Assembly (NCBI GenBank): GCA_003971905.1
Contig: RSEE01000149.1
Span: forward strand, 1 to 64,000
Source: Moniliella sp. 'wahieum'
Taxonomy: Eukaryota
DNA: 64,000 bases
Direction of reading: 5' to 3'
How positions within the stretch are numbered: the first letter of the stretch is position 1; every line of letters begins with the position of its first letter. Below are positions 61,940 to 64,000 of this stretch, piece after piece. The translations under genes were made by a program, and so were the position numbers. The notes under the pieces are model-generated. The model was not told the DNA's origin, did no database searches, and saw only the letters and a list, made by a program, of their open reading frames with translations.

Positions 61940-63141
61940 CTAGCGAGGAGAAGGTGGGCGCCGGGTGGGAAGACGGCCAAAGGGGCGGCCCACGGCGCCG
62001 GAAGAGGAAGCATCGCCAGAGGTAGGGGCACGGTGAGACGGCCGCATGCCGCGGAAGGAGTAGGCAGACGAGACGGACGAGAGGGGAGAGGAGGAGAAGG
62101 GAAGCGCCGATTGTGATGAGGGGAGGGAAGGCGTCAATGTCTCAGTCGACGAAGGGGCCTGAGCGGGGCGACAGATCAGCGGCGAGACGGACATGGACAA
62201 GATGGTGTCCAGGCGTCGCTCAGCCTGCGCCATGGTGGTGGGCGAGACATAAGTGCCCATTACCCAGTCCACCCACGGACTGAGGCCCATCGAATAATTG
62301 AACGCCGCACTTGCTGGCCGGCACAGGTGTAAGGCTGGCAGAGGAGGGCATGGGACGATCATGTGCAAAAAGGGCAGATCGGACCAGGACATGGCCGCCA
62401 CACCCGCTCCCGCCGCCATAGCATTGAAGAATGCCGACTCATATACGTGGAGACCCAGGGCGGTGGACACCAAACAACACCCGAGGGCTTCGCGAATCAA
62501 CAAGTCGAAGATGGAGGCGTACCCTGTTTCCCATGTGGTGCGGATGGCGGACGTAGGAGATGGAGACTCGGGTAGAGAGGGGAGTGTGTAGACAAAGTTG
62601 GGATGAGAAGAGTGCTGATGGTTGGTGGGCTGGACGCTGTACTGGCATTGGAAGGGGGTTGAGACTGGGGTCGGGTTGCTAGGATCGGGAAAGGAGTGGT
62701 ATCGCTCGTGGAAGGTGTCAAAGAGAAACGTGTTGGCATGCCACAGCCGGTGAATCAGGTACTGCCACACGTCCAGCAGCAGCCTGTCATGCCCATATCA
62801 AACGTCAGCAGACACTCAACAAACGTTTTGCAGCTGTATGCGATAGACACGCACCAGGCAAGAAGCATGCGCATAAGTGTAAGGTGCACTGGCGACGAGG
62901 TAGGCGAAGCAGAATCTGCCGCTGCCAAGCTATCGTGGTCGCAGCATGCGAGCTGGATCAGCGCCCGCAGCGCCTGGGTGACGACCACGCGTACCCACGC
63001 TCCTGACGATCTCATCGTCTTCGGCTGGCGTGGCGGGGAGACGGCATGTGCCCGACCGGCCACATTTTGCTGGACGATAAACACGACAGCCCAGTAGACA
63101 GCCACAGGCGCAATGACGCAGATGGCTCGAGGTGCAAGCAT
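61940..63141 (-). CDS. Fatty-acid hydroxylase/sterol desaturase superfamily protein, SUR2 (sphinganine hydroxylase)-like, with degenerate His boxes; intron 62784-62854; start approximate
   Basis: APVAVYWAVVF (SUR2-type APIxxYW); spliced LLDVWQYLIHRLWHANTFLFDTFHERYH resembles DTWQYFLHR.MH....LY..FHS.HH; NYSMGLSPWVDWVMGTY resembles NFSQPFF..WD..LGT. Confidence 0.65.
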
Positions 63142-63750
63142 CGTCCAAGCAGTCAATGCCGGTGATGGTGGCGGTGGTGGTGCCTGTGGTGTGGCGGCTC
63201 GGGGGCATGTGGCCCTCCTCGACTAAGCGCATGCAGTGGTGACCGGCGAACCGCCTTCGAGCCAACACCTGCATCCGGCGCCACCAGCATGGCGCCAGTG
63301 TGTGGTGCACTAGGGTTAGCCCGACCTCGCCCTCAAGCTTCACCTGAACCTCAGGCAAGAGGGTTGGAAGGGTAACTGGGCCAGACGCAACAACACTGCC
63401 AAAGCCAAAGCAAACGCCAATGCCTGCGGGTGTCGCTTCCTCTTCATACGACCGCGTCGGTGTTCCAGGCGGCAGAAAAGGTGGGATGCGTTCCATAGGT
63501 AGGCGCTGCAGAGACGGCCATGCTGCCTTCTACCGCCATATGGGATGCAGACCAGCCCTGGCAGGCTACGGGGAGCCTTCGGCAGGATTGGCGAGCACTT
63601 GACGCGGCCAGAGGCAAATAGCAAGATAGCAGAAAGTTCAATACAGAGTTCAGATGAGAATCAATGCTGTGTACATGAAGATGAGCAAGGGGGCGGAGCA
63701 GGCTGGGTTGTGCGAGGCAGTGGTAGAAATAAGTCGAGTCTGGTTGCGGA

Positions 63751-64000
63751 TCAAAGATACTTCCCCCACCTTGCGCGGAGAACGAGGAGCAGAGCAGTAG
63801 CCGCCAAGGTGACCAGTCCGGCAAGGGAGAAAGAGGTGGTGTAGCAGCTGCGGCCCAGACGACAGATGGCGTCTTGGCCGGCCTTCGCATCGGAGACAGT
63901 GGCATAGAGCATACAGAAGGCAAAGGAACCCAACGCGCAGGCGTAGGACAGCAGCCCCCACGACCGGCCAAAGGTGGACAAGCCAAAGGCAGAGGCTACA
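63751..64000 (-). CDS. C-terminus of an Mch1/nodulin-like MFS transporter (truncated by the window edge)
   Basis: AFGLSTFGRSWGLLSYACALGSFAFCMLYA....C..GRSCYTTSF plus a last TM helix matches the FG..NWG...C.G..CY pattern of this family. Confidence 0.6.
   Translation of the reverse strand, partial: VASAFGLSTFGRSWGLLSYACALGSFAFCMLYATVSDAKAGQDAICRLGRSCYTTSFSLAGLVTLAATALLLVLRARWGKYL

Overview
This is a eukaryotic (fungal) chromosome end, probably from a GC-rich, intron-poor basidiomycete; the taxon is inferred from gene content and GTRHGT/CTRAC/YAG intron signals. The window starts with (TAACCC)n telomere repeats and an 11-bp subtelomeric satellite. About 13 recognisable genes follow: aldehyde dehydrogenase, metallophosphoesterase, MFS transporter, peroxisomal PCS60-type acyl-CoA ligase, OPT transporter, PX-domain protein, GDA1-type nucleoside diphosphatase, NADP alcohol dehydrogenase, valyl-tRNA synthetase, PSY2/PP4R3, a TB2/DP1/HVA22 protein, a hexose transporter and a degenerate SUR2-like hydroxylase, plus the C-terminus of an Mch1-like MFS protein at the window edge. 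There are also Ty3/gypsy remnants: a gag-like ORF, an integrase-chromodomain fragment and two inverted LTR copies. Nearly all genes, including essential ones, carry 1-nt frameshifts that look like long-read homopolymer errors, so CDS boundaries were reconstructed by hand. The most striking unexplained signal is non-coding. Intergenic and promoter DNA is studded with 7-bp-period microarrays that share one rule, (T-N-A + a 4-bp palindrome)n, using at least 12 of the 16 possible palindromic cores. The arrays switch core and flip strand while keeping the 7-bp register.
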